Shown here in pieces: positions 28,641 through 43,060 of a stretch of DNA of 64,000 nt. Location: NCBI GenBank assembly GCA_951406725.2, contig OX597826.1, positions 20,708,001 through 20,772,000 on the forward strand, read 5' to 3'. Within the stretch, counting starts at the first letter, position 1. Each line of letters starts with the position of its first letter. The DNA is from Octopus vulgaris (taxonomy: Eukaryota). Under the pieces are notes generated by a model, which did not search any database, was not told the origin of the DNA, and was given only the letters and a program-made list of their open reading frames with translations. Both the position numbers and the translations under genes were made by a program.

Positions 28641-28780
28641 TGATCGTGCTGAGTGGTAGTGAATAACCACCCAACCACGACCATCCTCCTGACTTTTATT
28701 CATCAAACCATACACACAGACAAACACGCACACACACACACACACACACATACACACACACTCAGACACACACACGCACA
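28641..28780 (+). repeat. Local direct duplication, copy 2
   Basis: Near-identical to 26976-27105. Confidence 0.9.
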
Positions 28781-28820
28781 CAAACACACACACACACATA
28801 CATATATATATACATATATA

Positions 28821-28958
28821 CGACAGGCTTCCGTCTACCAAATCCACTCACAAGGGCCGGGGCTATAGCAGAAGACACGTGCTCAAGATGCCACGCAGTA
28901 GGACTGAACCCGGAACCATGTGGCTGGTTAGCAAGCTACTTACCACACAGCCACTCAT
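28821..28958 (-). mobile_element. SINE family A, 5' half
   Basis: Reverse complement gagtggctgtgtggtaagtagcttgctaaccagccacatggttccgggttcagtcctactgcgtggc matches 35133 and 53439. Confidence 0.85.
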
Positions 28959-29194
28959 GTATATGTAAATACATGTATATAACTCGCAAGTTGTCTGGTA
29001 AGAAGGTTGTTTCCCAAACACACGCTTCAGGGTTCACACTATTGCATGGTACAATAGCTTGGGGACCAACCAAAGCCTTGTTAGTGGACTTGGTTGACGA
29101 AAACTGAAAGAAGTCCGTCGTATATAAGTGTGTGTATGTGCATACACGTGTATAAATATTTGAGTTGATGTGTGCCTGTATACACGTGTATGTA

Positions 29195-29354
<160 letters not shown>

Positions 29355-29437
29355 GGTCCCGGGTTGATTCGGGGTTAACCATAGTAAATAAGGTACTCAA
29401 TACATAGCAGAGTAAAATTAATTTATTATATAGAAGG

Positions 29438-29488
29438 AGCTTCTACAGGACTAGAACTGTTTCATTCAAGAGAAATCTTCAGGAAGCT
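29438..29488 (-). ncRNA. Type I hammerhead ribozyme motif (H1), minus-strand copy
   Basis: Exact mirror of 29489-29539. Confidence 0.78.
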
Positions 29489-29539
29489 AGCTTCCTGAAG
29501 ATTTCTCTTGAATGAAACAGTTCTAGTCCTGTAGAAGCT
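29489..29539 (+). ncRNA. Type I hammerhead ribozyme motif (H1), plus-strand copy
   Basis: Stem I AGCUUC/GAAGCU; core CUGAAGA (29495-29501); stem II UUC-UCUU-GAA closed by U.U; GAAA (29514-17); stem III ACAG/CUGU; GUA with predicted cut after 29533. Confidence 0.8.
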
Positions 29540-29554
29540 CCTTCTATATAATAA

Positions 29555-29620
<66 letters not shown>

Positions 29621-29947
29621 AGTCTGAGTGTGAGAGTGTGTGTGTGTGTAAGTGTATGTGTGTGTTTTGTCCCCTACCTCACACCCCCCTTGGCAACAAG
29701 TGTCGGTTTGTTTTCGTTCCCGTAATCTTGCATTTCGGCAGAAGCGAGCGATAGAATAAATGCCAGGCTTCAAAAAAGCTCTCCTGCGCTCGTTTCAATC
29801 GACTAAAGGTTCTTCAAGGCGTTGCCCCAGCATGACCACAGCCAAATGCTGAAACAGATGACACATAAAAGATATAGAAGCATAGCTATAAAGATAAATC
29901 CAAACTCACAAACGCACGCACACACACACACACACACATATGCATAC

Positions 29948-30266
29948 GAGCGCGTGGCTTAGTGGTTAGGGCATTCGGCTCACGATCGGAAGGTCGTAAG
30001 TTCATTTCCCGGGGACGCGTTGTGTATTTGAGCAAGACACTTTATTTCCGGTTACTGCAGTCCACCCAGCTGATAAAATTGAACTGTATCTGTATTTCAA
30101 AGGGCCAGACTTGCCACACTTTGTGTCACACTGAATGTCCCTGAAAATTACGTTAAGGGTACACGTGTCTGTGGAGTGTTCAACCACTTACACGTTAATT
30201 TCACAAGCAAGCTGTTCCGTTGATCGTATCAGCTGGGACCCTGATCGTCGCAACCAACGGAGTGCT
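29948..30266 (+). mobile_element. SINE family C (tRNA-derived), full length
   Basis: A box tggcttagtgg, B-box-like agttcatttcc, central tgtgtatttgagcaagacacttt, followed by a (TATG)n tail. Confidence 0.85.
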
Positions 30267-30292
30267 TCTCAATGTATGAATGTATGTATGTA

Positions 30293-30339
<47 letters not shown>

Positions 30340-30365
30340 GCACACACGCGTATATATGTATGTAC

Positions 30366-30486
<121 letters not shown>

Positions 30487-30586
30487 TATATATATATATA
30501 CATATATATGAATGTATGTATGTATGTATGTATGTATGAATGTATGTATGTATGTATGTATGTATGTATGTATGTATGTATGTATG

Positions 30587-30624
<38 letters not shown>

Positions 30625-30946
30625 TGTGTGTGTGTGCGTGTGTGTGTGTGTGTGTATCTGCTTATGAATGTATATCTATTTCGGAATATAATTTCCTCGT
30701 TCATATATTAAGAAAATACAAATAACATTTGCATTTTAAACATTATTCTAAATTTGTATTTAATGTTGGTTTTCCATTTCAGATTCCGAAATATCATTAA
30801 ATGCAGCACATTATTAATAGAGATGATTTTATCGAATTCTTTGATTGGATTTCGAATTAAATTTCAGTTGTCAATTCTTGTGAAATATATATACCTGTGT
30901 GTGTGTGTACAAGCATATATGTAAATATACGAACACCCATATATGC

Positions 30947-30999
<53 letters not shown>

Positions 31000-31135
31000 G
31001 AGAGAGAGAGAGAAAGAGAAAGAGAGAGAGAATCACTAGCTTTGATATATTTATTCAAATTTAGACATTTGTATTTGCGCTTACGAATTTTTTGTATATA
31101 TATATATATCTGTCTATTTTATATGTGTGTCTACG

Positions 31136-31193
<58 letters not shown>

Positions 31194-33355
31194 CATATCT
31201 ATACATACATATACATACTTCTCTTATGTAACTATGTATCTACCTATATATAACTTTCATAAATATATACACAGACATATATACATACATACATACACGC
31301 ACACACTCACACAATGTTGGTAATGCCTCTGCCACGATATAAAAGACGATCTGAAATCATTAATTGCAAAGCCAGTAGTTATATGCAACTGAAACCAAAA
31401 TTTATTTATTTAATTAATAATATTGATTACGAGTTCTAATTATCTCAATGTATTTCTTTTTAAATGGTAAATCTTTGAAATTCCATCTCCGCTTCTGTAA
31501 CATCTGAATATTTAATTCACAAAAACATTACAGCGAAAATAATTAGCTCGCTTAATTTTCTGAAAGTCCATCTGTTTCCACGCTGACAATTACCTGTGAT
31601 GTGTGTGTGTGTGTGTCTGTGTGTGTGTGTCTGTGTGTGTGTACATAAGTAATTTCTTTAATTGAGGCACTTTCTACAATGAATGTCTTTAATAATTACA
31701 CGAAATAGATAATTATATATATTTAATTCTAATAAAAAGTGTTTAATGAATGTCGATGTTGGAAATAAGCGAAAAATTAAATATTTAAATCGGTGTAAGC
31801 GGTGCTTTGTTGTCCTTGTGGTTGTCTTAGGCCATGTAAAGTCTGAAGCAACAAACCTATGATCAAGCACAACCCAGCCATGACCATACTGTCGGTGTCT
31901 CGTAAGCTGATAGTTTCCTACAACTAACTACATTATCGGTCGTGTCGATGCTAAAATTTCCGTTGAAGGCGATTTGACTGCTGTTTCTAACCATTCGAGC
32001 GGCTATCATCCTCGATGCCCCTAGCAGGGAAAAATCAACCCTCACCCTGCCAACCCTTTGATGCTCTCTTTATACGTCTCCGTGATTTGTCCCCATTCTT
32101 ACCGAAATAAATTATTGTGTGCAGAGGCCGAATGGTCTGAGCCTCGGATAAAATACTTCAGAGAAATTTGACAGCTCTTTATGTTCTCAGATAAAAAAAA
32201 CCCGTCCGGCTCACTTCGTTCTGGGGTCCTTATATAAAGTACCCGTCCTGAACTGAGTATCACGTAATCAACTCACCGTCTCTCTCCAAAACTGCTGACC
32301 GTATGCCTAAATTAAAACTACTACTACTACTACTACTACTAGTACTACTACTACTACTACTACTACTACAAGTATTTTCAGCCCTGTGTAAATATTGGAG
32401 AGAGTGGGGTCTATTATACCCATACACATCTATAAAACTGTTTCTGTCGGTTTCATGCAATTAAAGTTTCGTTAAATTATAGTTTTGTAGAATTAAAGTT
32501 TAATTGAATTAAAATTTGAACAGAATTACAGTTTTATAGAATAAAAGCTTGACACAACTCAAAGTTTAGAAAAGTTAATATTTTTGGTCCTAGATTATTA
32601 TGGACCGATTGATTCAAAACTATATTTTAAGCGGGCATTTGACATGGTTGATACCTCCTAACACGTCTTATTTTCCCTTCTTACTTTATGAAAAACAACC
32701 TGAAGTCACATCAACTAATGTTATTTCACTGAATAAGGAACACTGTCATTCAAAGACATAGTCTTCGCCGGCACAAAACTATTAATAATTTCTAACATTC
32801 CATTCCTAAGTTCAAATACTATTTGTATTTTCCTTTTTAAAACAAAATATATTGCTGACAGAAGTAATGAATCGTCTTCTGAATGAGAAAGTCGCTCCAA
32901 ACCAGTTGCGCTCGCTGTCAGGTTTCAATTCCTAAAAGAAGCTTCTGCGTTTATAATTCGTTTTTGTATGTTCGGTTTCCAAAACAGAGCCGATAAATAT
33001 ACCCATTTACACTTCCTTGCCCTTTACATAATTCAGGAAAGATAAAAAGAAAAACAAAAACAACTTTCAGTAGTACCCTGCAACACCTCTCTCGCCCACT
33101 CCGCCCCCTTCATCATACGTCCTTCTTCATTTCAATAAATGCCTAAATTAATTTCACTGAAGTTAAAGTATTTGACAGGGATGCTGTTCGAGGTAAAAGT
33201 CTTCATTCGAACTTGTTGACCTCTCGACATAATTTTGTCAGTGAAGCAATGACGAAATCTGCTTCTAATGCCGCCATTACAGAAAATCTGGCGCCGCCAC
33301 AATTTTCATTCAGCTTTTTCTCTTTCCCCGAAATTTGCAACTTTCACCATTTCCA

Positions 33356-33388
<33 letters not shown>

Positions 33389-33668
33389 GATTCAGCAGGG
33401 CTATGAAGAAAGGTGTTCAAACTGTAATCATCCTAAGTCGCTTTCTTTCTAAAAGACGTAAAGTGCGATTTGAAAGTGATTTGGCTGCTATTTCTAGCAG
33501 ATCAAATGACGTCGAGGATGCTTCAATCGTTGATTATTTGTTCTGGACCAAAATACCTCGATTATGTATGTATATACATATATACGCACTCACACACGAA
33601 CACAAACATTCATACACACTCTCTCTCTCTCTCATACACACACATATGTATGTATGTATTTAATATAA

Positions 33669-33750
<82 letters not shown>

Positions 33751-33799
33751 ATATATACGTATATATGTATGTATATATATGATATATATATATATATAT

Positions 33800-33950
33800 A
33801 TTATATATATTACATATATATAATATATATATACATTATATATATTACATATATATAATATATATATACATTATATATATTACATATATATAATATATAT
33901 ATACATTTTATATATTACATATATATAATATATATATACATTATATATAT
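33800..33950. repeat. 35-bp minisatellite derived from (TA)n, about 4 copies
   Basis: Unit tacatatatataatatatatatacattatatatat starts at 33811, 33846, 33881 and 33916. Confidence 0.85.
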
Positions 33951-33984
33951 ATATATATATATAATGTATATATATATATATAAG

Positions 33985-34203
33985 TTGTGTGTGTTTGTGT
34001 GTTTGTCCCCCTAGCATTGCTTGACAACCGATGCTGGTGTGTTTACTTCCCCGTCACTTAGCGGTTCGGCAAAAGAGACCGCTAGAATAAGTACTGGGCT
34101 TACAAAGAATAAGTCCCGGGACCGATTTGCTCGACTAAAGGCGGTGCTCCAGCATGGCCACAGTCAAATGACTGAAACAAGTAAAAGAGTTAAGAGTAAA
34201 AGA
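33985..34203 (+). mobile_element. SINE family A, 3' half (well preserved)
   Basis: gtttgtccccc...ttgacaaccgatgctggtgtgttta...cagcatggccacagtcaaatgactgaaacaagtaaaagag. Confidence 0.85.
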
Positions 34204-34430
34204 GTATATATATATATATATCGAGAGAAAGAGAGAGAGAGAAAGAAAGAGAGAAAGAGACGGAGACAGACAAATAGACAAACAAACAGACAGACAGAGA
34301 CTGAAAGGAAACTGTTTAGTTTAACGAAGAAATCTATCAACCCTGTTTTTTTAAGAATTACAAAAGCGGAATAAACTGATTTGTGTGTGTGTGTGTGTGT
34401 GTCTGGGAAGAGAAAAAAACCAACGCTTGA

Positions 34431-34462
34431 CTCTGATGAAGAATTTTCACTTGAAACGTTAG
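34431..34462 (+). ncRNA. Degenerate minimal hammerhead-like motif
   Basis: CU-CUGAUGA-A-gaauuuucacuu-GAAACGUU-AG; core intact, stems I and II weak. Confidence 0.4.
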
Positions 34463-35056
34463 AAATTTTTCTCTTTTTCACAGCAAACCGATTCATTCCT
34501 CTCCTAGCCGGCTTATACAAACTAATTTCCAATATACACTAGTTTCATCACTGTTTATCTCACCAGTTGCCAATATCGTCATTACTTGTTTCATCAGATC
34601 CACTGTTAAACGATTTAGATTCATGAATTGTCAATAGCATCGTTCCTAGGTTTCATCAGATCCTTTTTATTTACTTCACTAAAACTATGTCGTTAGTGAA
34701 TATATTTCAAACACATAAATTAGTTTGATTTATTGAAAAATACCAAGAGAGAAAAGCTGTTTAATCTAAAAGGAACAGAGCAAATTGATAGAAAGAAATA
34801 AGATATTTTGTTTTAAAATCAAGAAATACTTAATTAAAGTTGTTTGTGATAAGACCTTATTACGAGTTTCTTTATTTTCAGTAGTTTTAATTAATTGGCA
34901 AACTGAGTATAGCAAGTATGGCCGAAGTAGCTGTACTTAGGGAAGGGTGCCAGTATGCGTTTAAAAATACGTATGTGAAGGGGGTATCGCTGTGTATATA
35001 ACACTATAGATATAATAGATATATCTGAGGAAGTGGTGTATGTATATATATGTAAG

Positions 35057-35132
<76 letters not shown>

Positions 35133-35134
<2 letters not shown>

Positions 35135-35388
35135 CGCAGGAGTGGCTGTGTGGTAAGTAGCTTGCTTACTAACCACATGGTATATATATATATATCTTTG
35201 TGTGTCTGTGTTTGTCACCCCACCATCGTTTGACATCCGATGTTGGTGTGTTTACGTCCCCGTAACTTAGCCCGTCGGCAAAAGATAACGATAGAATAAG
35301 TACTAGGCTTACAAAGAATAAGTCCTGGGGTTGATTTGTTCGACTAAAGGTGATGCTCAGTCAAATGACTGAAACGAATAAAAGAATA
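35133..35388 (+). mobile_element. SINE family A, internally deleted
   Basis: Head ggcgcaggagtggctgtgtggtaagtagcttgc joined via a microsatellite to the 3' half; flanked by (TA)n. Confidence 0.85.
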
Positions 35389-35392
35389 TATA

Positions 35393-35460
<68 letters not shown>

Positions 35461-35543
35461 GTATGTATGTATGTATGTATGTATGTATGTATGTATGTAT
35501 ATGTATATATATATATACATATATATGCATATATATATGTATG

Positions 35544-35601
<58 letters not shown>

Positions 35602-35602
35602 C

Positions 35603-35633
<31 letters not shown>

Positions 35634-37605
35634 ACTATATACATATGTGTGTAGATAGACAGACATATATATATATAGAGAGAGAGAGATGTGTGTATGT
35701 CTATTTAAGGAAGTGGTGCTTCGTTATTCATAAAGTTAGTGTAGGGGTGCAATGATGCGTATAAAAGTTATGCTTATGCGATGATGCTTACATAAAACTA
35801 TGTAAAGTTGTAGAGAAGTGGTACTGCGGTTTGTATAGTGCAAAACTTTTGTCTAGGAAGTGGTACCACTGTGCGTAAAATACTGTAGATATATAGGGAA
35901 TGGCTGTGTATAAAATGTATTGGAATCGTCTTCTAATTGTTGTAGTAGTCCATTGTTATCAGTGTAGCTTTTTTAATGAATCTGTCATTGGTTGTTGGCT
36001 GCCGACTCACCGCACAACAGCAACAGATATCACAACAACATACACACATCACAACATAAACGCAATACACATTGTGACCACACGGAACATTCGCGACGCC
36101 ACAAAGGCTTACACACCACATAGACAACAGCAACAACAAGAAAATAGATTTGCTTCATATCTAAATCTTCTAAAAATACAGCAAATAAAAAGCAAACTAT
36201 ATTCATTCTGAAAAATGTTCAACGATTTCATCTTTTAAAATTCAAGTTTCGTATGTTTATATATTTACTATAGAATTTAGGATGTCTTCCTGGGGCTATA
36301 AACATCAGTAGTACTGTCCCGTAGAGGACGCCACACTTGGTTGTCAATTATAGGAATATACATAATTTTATATATTTACTACGATGTATATATAATATAT
36401 TCATATATTTACTATGGTGTATGTACTCTAACATATAATATATTTACAATAGTAATTTAATTAAAACTTCTGTAGTGCACGATATGATTTTAGCATTATC
36501 CTATCTGCAATATTTGTCATGTATTATAGATTTACAATACTATGTATAATGTATTTACTATGCTTAGTATATGATATATATTTACTATTGTATGGTTATC
36601 ATAGTGTATTAGGGCTTATTTGATATCGAACATTAATAGCAATAACGTACAGGTGTTATACGTTTTACTATCTATCTGGTATATTATATATAACATAATC
36701 TATAAGTTTATTTAACATAGTACGTTATTAGCTATAGAATATTAGTATACTATATTTTCTATAATATTTCAAGTATATCATACACACTATATTTATAATA
36801 TAAAGTATTTTAAAATCCTTGAAGTATATCAGCTAAAATGTCTTATAGTACATTGTGAGATACACTCTGTTGGATGTTATATTTTCTAAAATATATTCAC
36901 TATGTTATATTTACTAACATATAGTTTGCATTGTATATTAGTAACAGCTTCATAGCTGATACACTTATATATACCGTACAATACCGTATATTATGAATAT
37001 CTGTTAACATAGGATGTAAAGGTATCACTGTCTTATTAGTCTAGATATATGGTGGTGTGTGCAAGATGACATAATATACATAATAAGTTTAAACATATGA
37101 TTATATAAAATAGAAATATGCCATAACAACTAGTCTATAGACTAGTCCGGAAATTTGTAGCCTATAGTGATATCTCTTTGAGATATCAAATGTTATGATG
37201 ATGATACAATTGTGGCCATTTGGTTATAACATATATGAACGTATTATCAATGGAGTGTCGAATATTCTCGATATAAATGAAAGATTATGTTAACGTTGCT
37301 TTTGTTATTGTTGCAGTTTAGTCCCAGGTCGAAAATATAACTCGGACAACTTAAGATCCAAGGCGTTACTAATGTGACCATCCTGTTCTTGAGTTACATT
37401 TTCTTAATCATAGGATACAGTATTATATCATCCGACGTGTGCTCCCATTTTTTAAGCAGTAAAAGGAAAGTGGATGGTAATTTGGTTGCCATTTCTAGCA
37501 GGCTGAGTGAACACGTACAGGTGTCTCCCTTGGTATGCGAAATGGTATTTGCTTGCATTAAACCATAATGGAATGGGATTTACTGGTATAGAAACATTGT
37601 GTGGA

Positions 37606-37663
<58 letters not shown>

Positions 37664-37726
37664 AGGACATTATACGTATATTCTTTTATACTTTATATAA
37701 ACTGGCAAAATGACCATTCCAAATAT

Positions 37727-37760
<34 letters not shown>

Positions 37761-37765
<5 letters not shown>

Positions 37766-37933
37766 TCCGGGTTGATTCGGGGTTAACCACAGTAAGTAAG
37801 GTACTCAATACATAGCAGAGTAAAATTAATTTATTATATAGAAGGAGCTACAGGACTAGTACTGTTTCATTCAAGGAAGATTTCTCTTGAATGAAACAGT
37901 ACTAGTCCTGTAGAAGCTCCTTCTATATAATAA

Positions 37934-37935
<2 letters not shown>
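37761..37935. mobile_element. Element H1, copy with centre of the palindrome missing
   Basis: Same unique end as 29352. Both arms are present, but the central agaaatcttcaggaagctagcttcct is absent, removing both CUGA cores. Confidence 0.8.
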
Positions 37936-37974
<39 letters not shown>

Positions 37975-38274
37975 GTAAATATATGTATCTATATATATAT
38001 GTATGTATTAATATATATCTTGCATGTATATATGTACTTATATACACACACACATATATACATATATATACATATATACATATATATACATATATACATA
38101 TATAGACACATATATACATCCATCCATACATCCATCTATACATCTATCTATACATACATACATGCATGCATGCATACATGCATACATGTATACATACATA
38201 CATACATACATACATACATACATACATGCATGCATACATACATACATACATACATACATACATACATACATACA

Positions 38275-38306
<32 letters not shown>

Positions 38307-38745
38307 ACGTGTATCTACATGCATACATGTATTTATTCCATGTTAAATGTATGATCTAGCATTCTTTGAGCGGACACGTGGAAGCCAACCAGGTTCCTGT
38401 GTAAAAAAATGGTGCTTACGGTCACGGTACAATACTCGGTAGAGCTACAACATCCAGTAGAGACGTGATGCTCTGGATAATCCGTCTTGCTCTAATCCTT
38501 CATGTAATATTTTGGAATTTAGAGGAAATCATATTTAGGGAAATCATTTACTCAAATAATCACACACGTACACTGATGTGTGTGTGTGTGTGTGTGGAGA
38601 GAGAGAGAGAGAGAATAGTATACTCTTGGTTTCTATGACTAAGATCTAAGAATCTTACAGGTTCGCCAGAGGGCACTTGTGTATATGTGGGTGTGTGCGT
38701 GTGCATGCATGCATCCTTGCATATATGTATGTATGTATGTATTAT

Positions 38746-38776
<31 letters not shown>

Positions 38777-38799
38777 ATGTATGTACGTATGTATGTATG

Positions 38800-38849
<50 letters not shown>

Positions 38850-39533
38850 CATGTGTTGAATGGAAAAAAAACTTCGTCAAAATAAATGAAGTGAAACTAA
38901 TTTTCAAAATCAATTTTTATTTTATTTTCGAAATAATTTACTTTGCATTAAACATTTAAAAATTATATTGCATAAATACTTCAAATGATTGACATTAAAT
39001 TAATATTGAAATCATTTATATCGTTTTAATATTCCAAAATATTTTTCTTGCATTATTTTTTCCATTGGTATTGTGTTAATACTTTTAAAATATTGTTTTT
39101 ATATTGCAAATAAATCAGAATTTACAGATATTTAATGCATTTTTTATATTCTATCTATATTAAAAAAAGTATTATATGATATTCTATTTTACACAGAACA
39201 TTTGTTGCATCCATATTAGAAATACGTTGTATTTAATCTAAGTTGATCTGTAAATAATCCATGATAATCTCTAAATAATCCAAGATTATGTTTAAACATC
39301 TGAGATATTTTAGAGAAATATCTAATTGAATTGTATGTTGAATCTTTGTGAATTATTAGATAAATACATCTCTTCATGCTTTTATGATTTTGTATATAAT
39401 ATATACACACATTTAAATTCAGTAGAAATTATATGTGTATTATTTCTACTGAATTTAAATGTACGCGAGTGTATTGAATATATATGGGTATATATATACA
39501 TACATACACACACACACACATGTATTTACACAC

Positions 39534-39585
<52 letters not shown>

Positions 39586-39669
39586 GCATGTACATACATG
39601 TATATCTATCTATCCATCTATATATATGTATATACATATATATACACATATACAAATATATATACATAC

Positions 39670-39745
<76 letters not shown>

Positions 39746-39762
39746 ATGTATGTATATATATA

Positions 39763-39924
39763 GTTAATCCAAACTAGAAAACACAAAAAACACAACAACG
39801 CGAGGACGTGGAACAAATATAGTATTATTGGACGCTCAGGAAAGAAGGGAAGAAGGAGGATTTAACGTTTCGAGCGGAGCTCTTCGTCGGAAACATAGGA
39901 GAAGGAAAGATCCCGAGAAGGGAA
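39763..39924 (-). mobile_element. Short Penelope-terminus-like element H2 with mutated minimal hammerhead (39860-39894)
   Basis: Reverse complement of 43964-44129; core reads CCGACGA instead of CUGACGA; abuts (TA)n. Confidence 0.7.
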
Positions 39925-39942
39925 TGCATGTATTTATGTACG

Positions 39943-40028
<86 letters not shown>

Positions 40029-40059
40029 ATTTGTACTAACCTCCTAGGGAAGAGCATGG

Positions 40060-40260
40060 TATAATAGCTTAGTAGAAAGTGTGTTTCACTGTCACATAAT
40101 CGTAAGATTGTAGTTTTGATTCCTGAACTGTGCACTGTGTTCTTGAGCAAAACACTTCATTTCACGTTACTCCACTCGGCTGGCAGGAATCAGTAATCCG
40201 AGAAGGGACCGGCATCCCATCCAGTGGCAACATTGAAACCGAGAGACCGGGCTAATGAGG
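40060..40260 (+). mobile_element. SINE family C-related, diverged
   Basis: tgtgttcttgagcaaaacacttcatttcacgttactccactc is shared with 30020-30070. Confidence 0.65.
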
Positions 40261-40454
40261 CTATGGTCTAGGAAGGACCTTTGATCCTGTGATGACCCTC
40301 CTTGATAGGTTAAGGACCATGTCTCATCTCTAGCTTCCATTTTTTGATATGGTTTCTGTTTCGGAATGGCTGACCATTCCTGTCGCCAGACACTTGAACT
40401 TAATGTGTTTTATCGTGATACCACTATATGTGTGTATATAAGTAATGTGTCTGC

Positions 40455-40557
<103 letters not shown>

Positions 40558-40733
40558 GTATGTATGTATGTATGTATGTATATGTATATATATATATACA
40601 TATATATGTATGTATATATATATATATATCCATATATATATATACATATATACATATATACATATATATACACACACATATATATATAAATATATACATA
40701 TATACATATATATGTATGTATATATATATATGC

Positions 40734-40775
<42 letters not shown>

Positions 40776-41448
40776 CCACACACACATATATATAAATATT
40801 TACATATATATATATAAATATATGTATGTATATTATATATATATATATATATAAACTTTCATATTCGCATGTACGCTTTCATACCTACACGCACGCAAAC
40901 ACATACACACACACACACACACACAGCACACACGCGCACACACACAAACAAACTCCCACCTGATGAAAGTGTGTTTGGCAAGGATAAAATCCGCTTTCCT
41001 TTGAAGAATCTCACAAGTTTCAATGAATTAGTTCCGGGTAAAACATTGAAATGTCATTGAACACGTCCACCATGGTCAGTGGAAATGTCTCCGTTTAGTT
41101 CTGTATTTCGTCGCATTTTCCCTCAATATATTGATATATAACACTGGAAATTAAATTGAAATTTCAAAAAATTAATAACAGTTCGCGAAGTGAAACCCAC
41201 ATCATACATGACTGTTTAAAAACATGTAGCGTCACAGGATGGAGACGAGAGATGAGAGTATTGAATAATTGAAATAAATTAGAACTCCAACTGGATTCGA
41301 AAGTTCAGTCTGTGGGTTACACGGCATTCATGGGGTGGGGGGGGACGAGAAGGGACAGATGTAGTTTGTTTAAATTCTGGCCAGTGGGAGACGGGAAATA
41401 ATGACACACGCGTGCGACGCGCGCGCACACACACACATGTATATATAC

Positions 41449-41492
<44 letters not shown>

Positions 41493-41561
41493 CACACATA
41501 TATTTATATATATATATTCATAAATATATGTATGCAGTGAGAATTTACATATATATATATA

Positions 41562-41592
<31 letters not shown>

Positions 41593-41649
41593 TTACACAC
41601 ACACACACACACAGATATATTTAAAATTTTTGTAATATATGTTTATAAA

Positions 41650-41705
<56 letters not shown>

Positions 41706-42821
41706 TACATATACATATATTTACATATATGTACATGGATACATACGTATATGCATACATATGTATAAGCCGACACGTCGAAGTTACTGCCAAAAGTCTA
41801 CTAAATATGCATTCTACAAAAAATTAATAAGTCTTCAGTTTAATGTTAAATTGTTTTCTTCACATAAAAGCAAACATTTTTTTAACGTCTAAAATATGTC
41901 TGAGTGTATAAATAGTTCTGTTACGCAACACATACTTTCTTTTTACTCCAAGAAGGCAGAATGTGAATTGCAGATGTTTAGCTGCTATTTCTAGTTAACC
42001 CTGACCAGTTAATACGCTTAAGTCCTCGTCTGAGCTAAAACCTTTTAAAAAGCTCTCTGGGATAAGAAATAAGCACTCATTATGAATCCCTCACATTGAG
42101 ACAAGATTTCTTCCTAGGAAACCGTGGCGGTGTCTCAACGTTTTACCCCGCTTTACGCACACTCCCCACTTTACATTGAATTCATTCTGTTCAGACGGAC
42201 GTGTTGCTCCTTTCAACTTATCGATTCATCTGATATATTAGGTCTATTAGCGTCACCCGGGGCCGTAAAATCTCGTTGTTCACTGAGGTTGGTGTGAAGA
42301 AGCGGAATTTTAACTCAGACCGCAAACAACCGCAGCATATATGGCAAACCATCTCGTCTGATTCTACAAAAATTCTATTATTCCACCGCGCTGGACCGTT
42401 ACTTCCTTTTGGGGCCTTGAAACGATGACAGTTAGTATTGACCACGTTGCGATTTGAACTCAGACAGAGTCGGACCAACTACCACATGATCGACCATTCT
42501 TTGTAAATACGAAGAATATAATATTTTATTTCTACATTTTTGGATAACCCAGAGGAATTGGAATAAACAATTTAGACAGATCTATATTAATTTAGCTACT
42601 AATTACTGCGATGGCACAGCGTGGAATTAATAATTTTCTGTTAAGAGAAATATTTATAATTACAAAATTTCATTTAAAAAAAATCTAGATTTTAATTTAA
42701 AATTTTTATTTTTTCGAATTATTAATTTCAAAATAAAAATTGAAATTTTGAATAGAATCCGACTTCGGTTTTGATTAATCATTATACACACTCGAGATTA
42801 ATTATATATACACCACAATAT

Positions 42822-42892
<71 letters not shown>

Positions 42893-42913
42893 ATATGTGT
42901 GTGTATGTATGTA

Positions 42914-43060
<147 letters not shown>

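Noticed and set aside
29948-30020. tRNA gene-like sequences here and at 35133, 53439, 28465 and 57030
   Set aside because: They have A/B boxes but no complete cloverleaf and continue into shared SINE bodies
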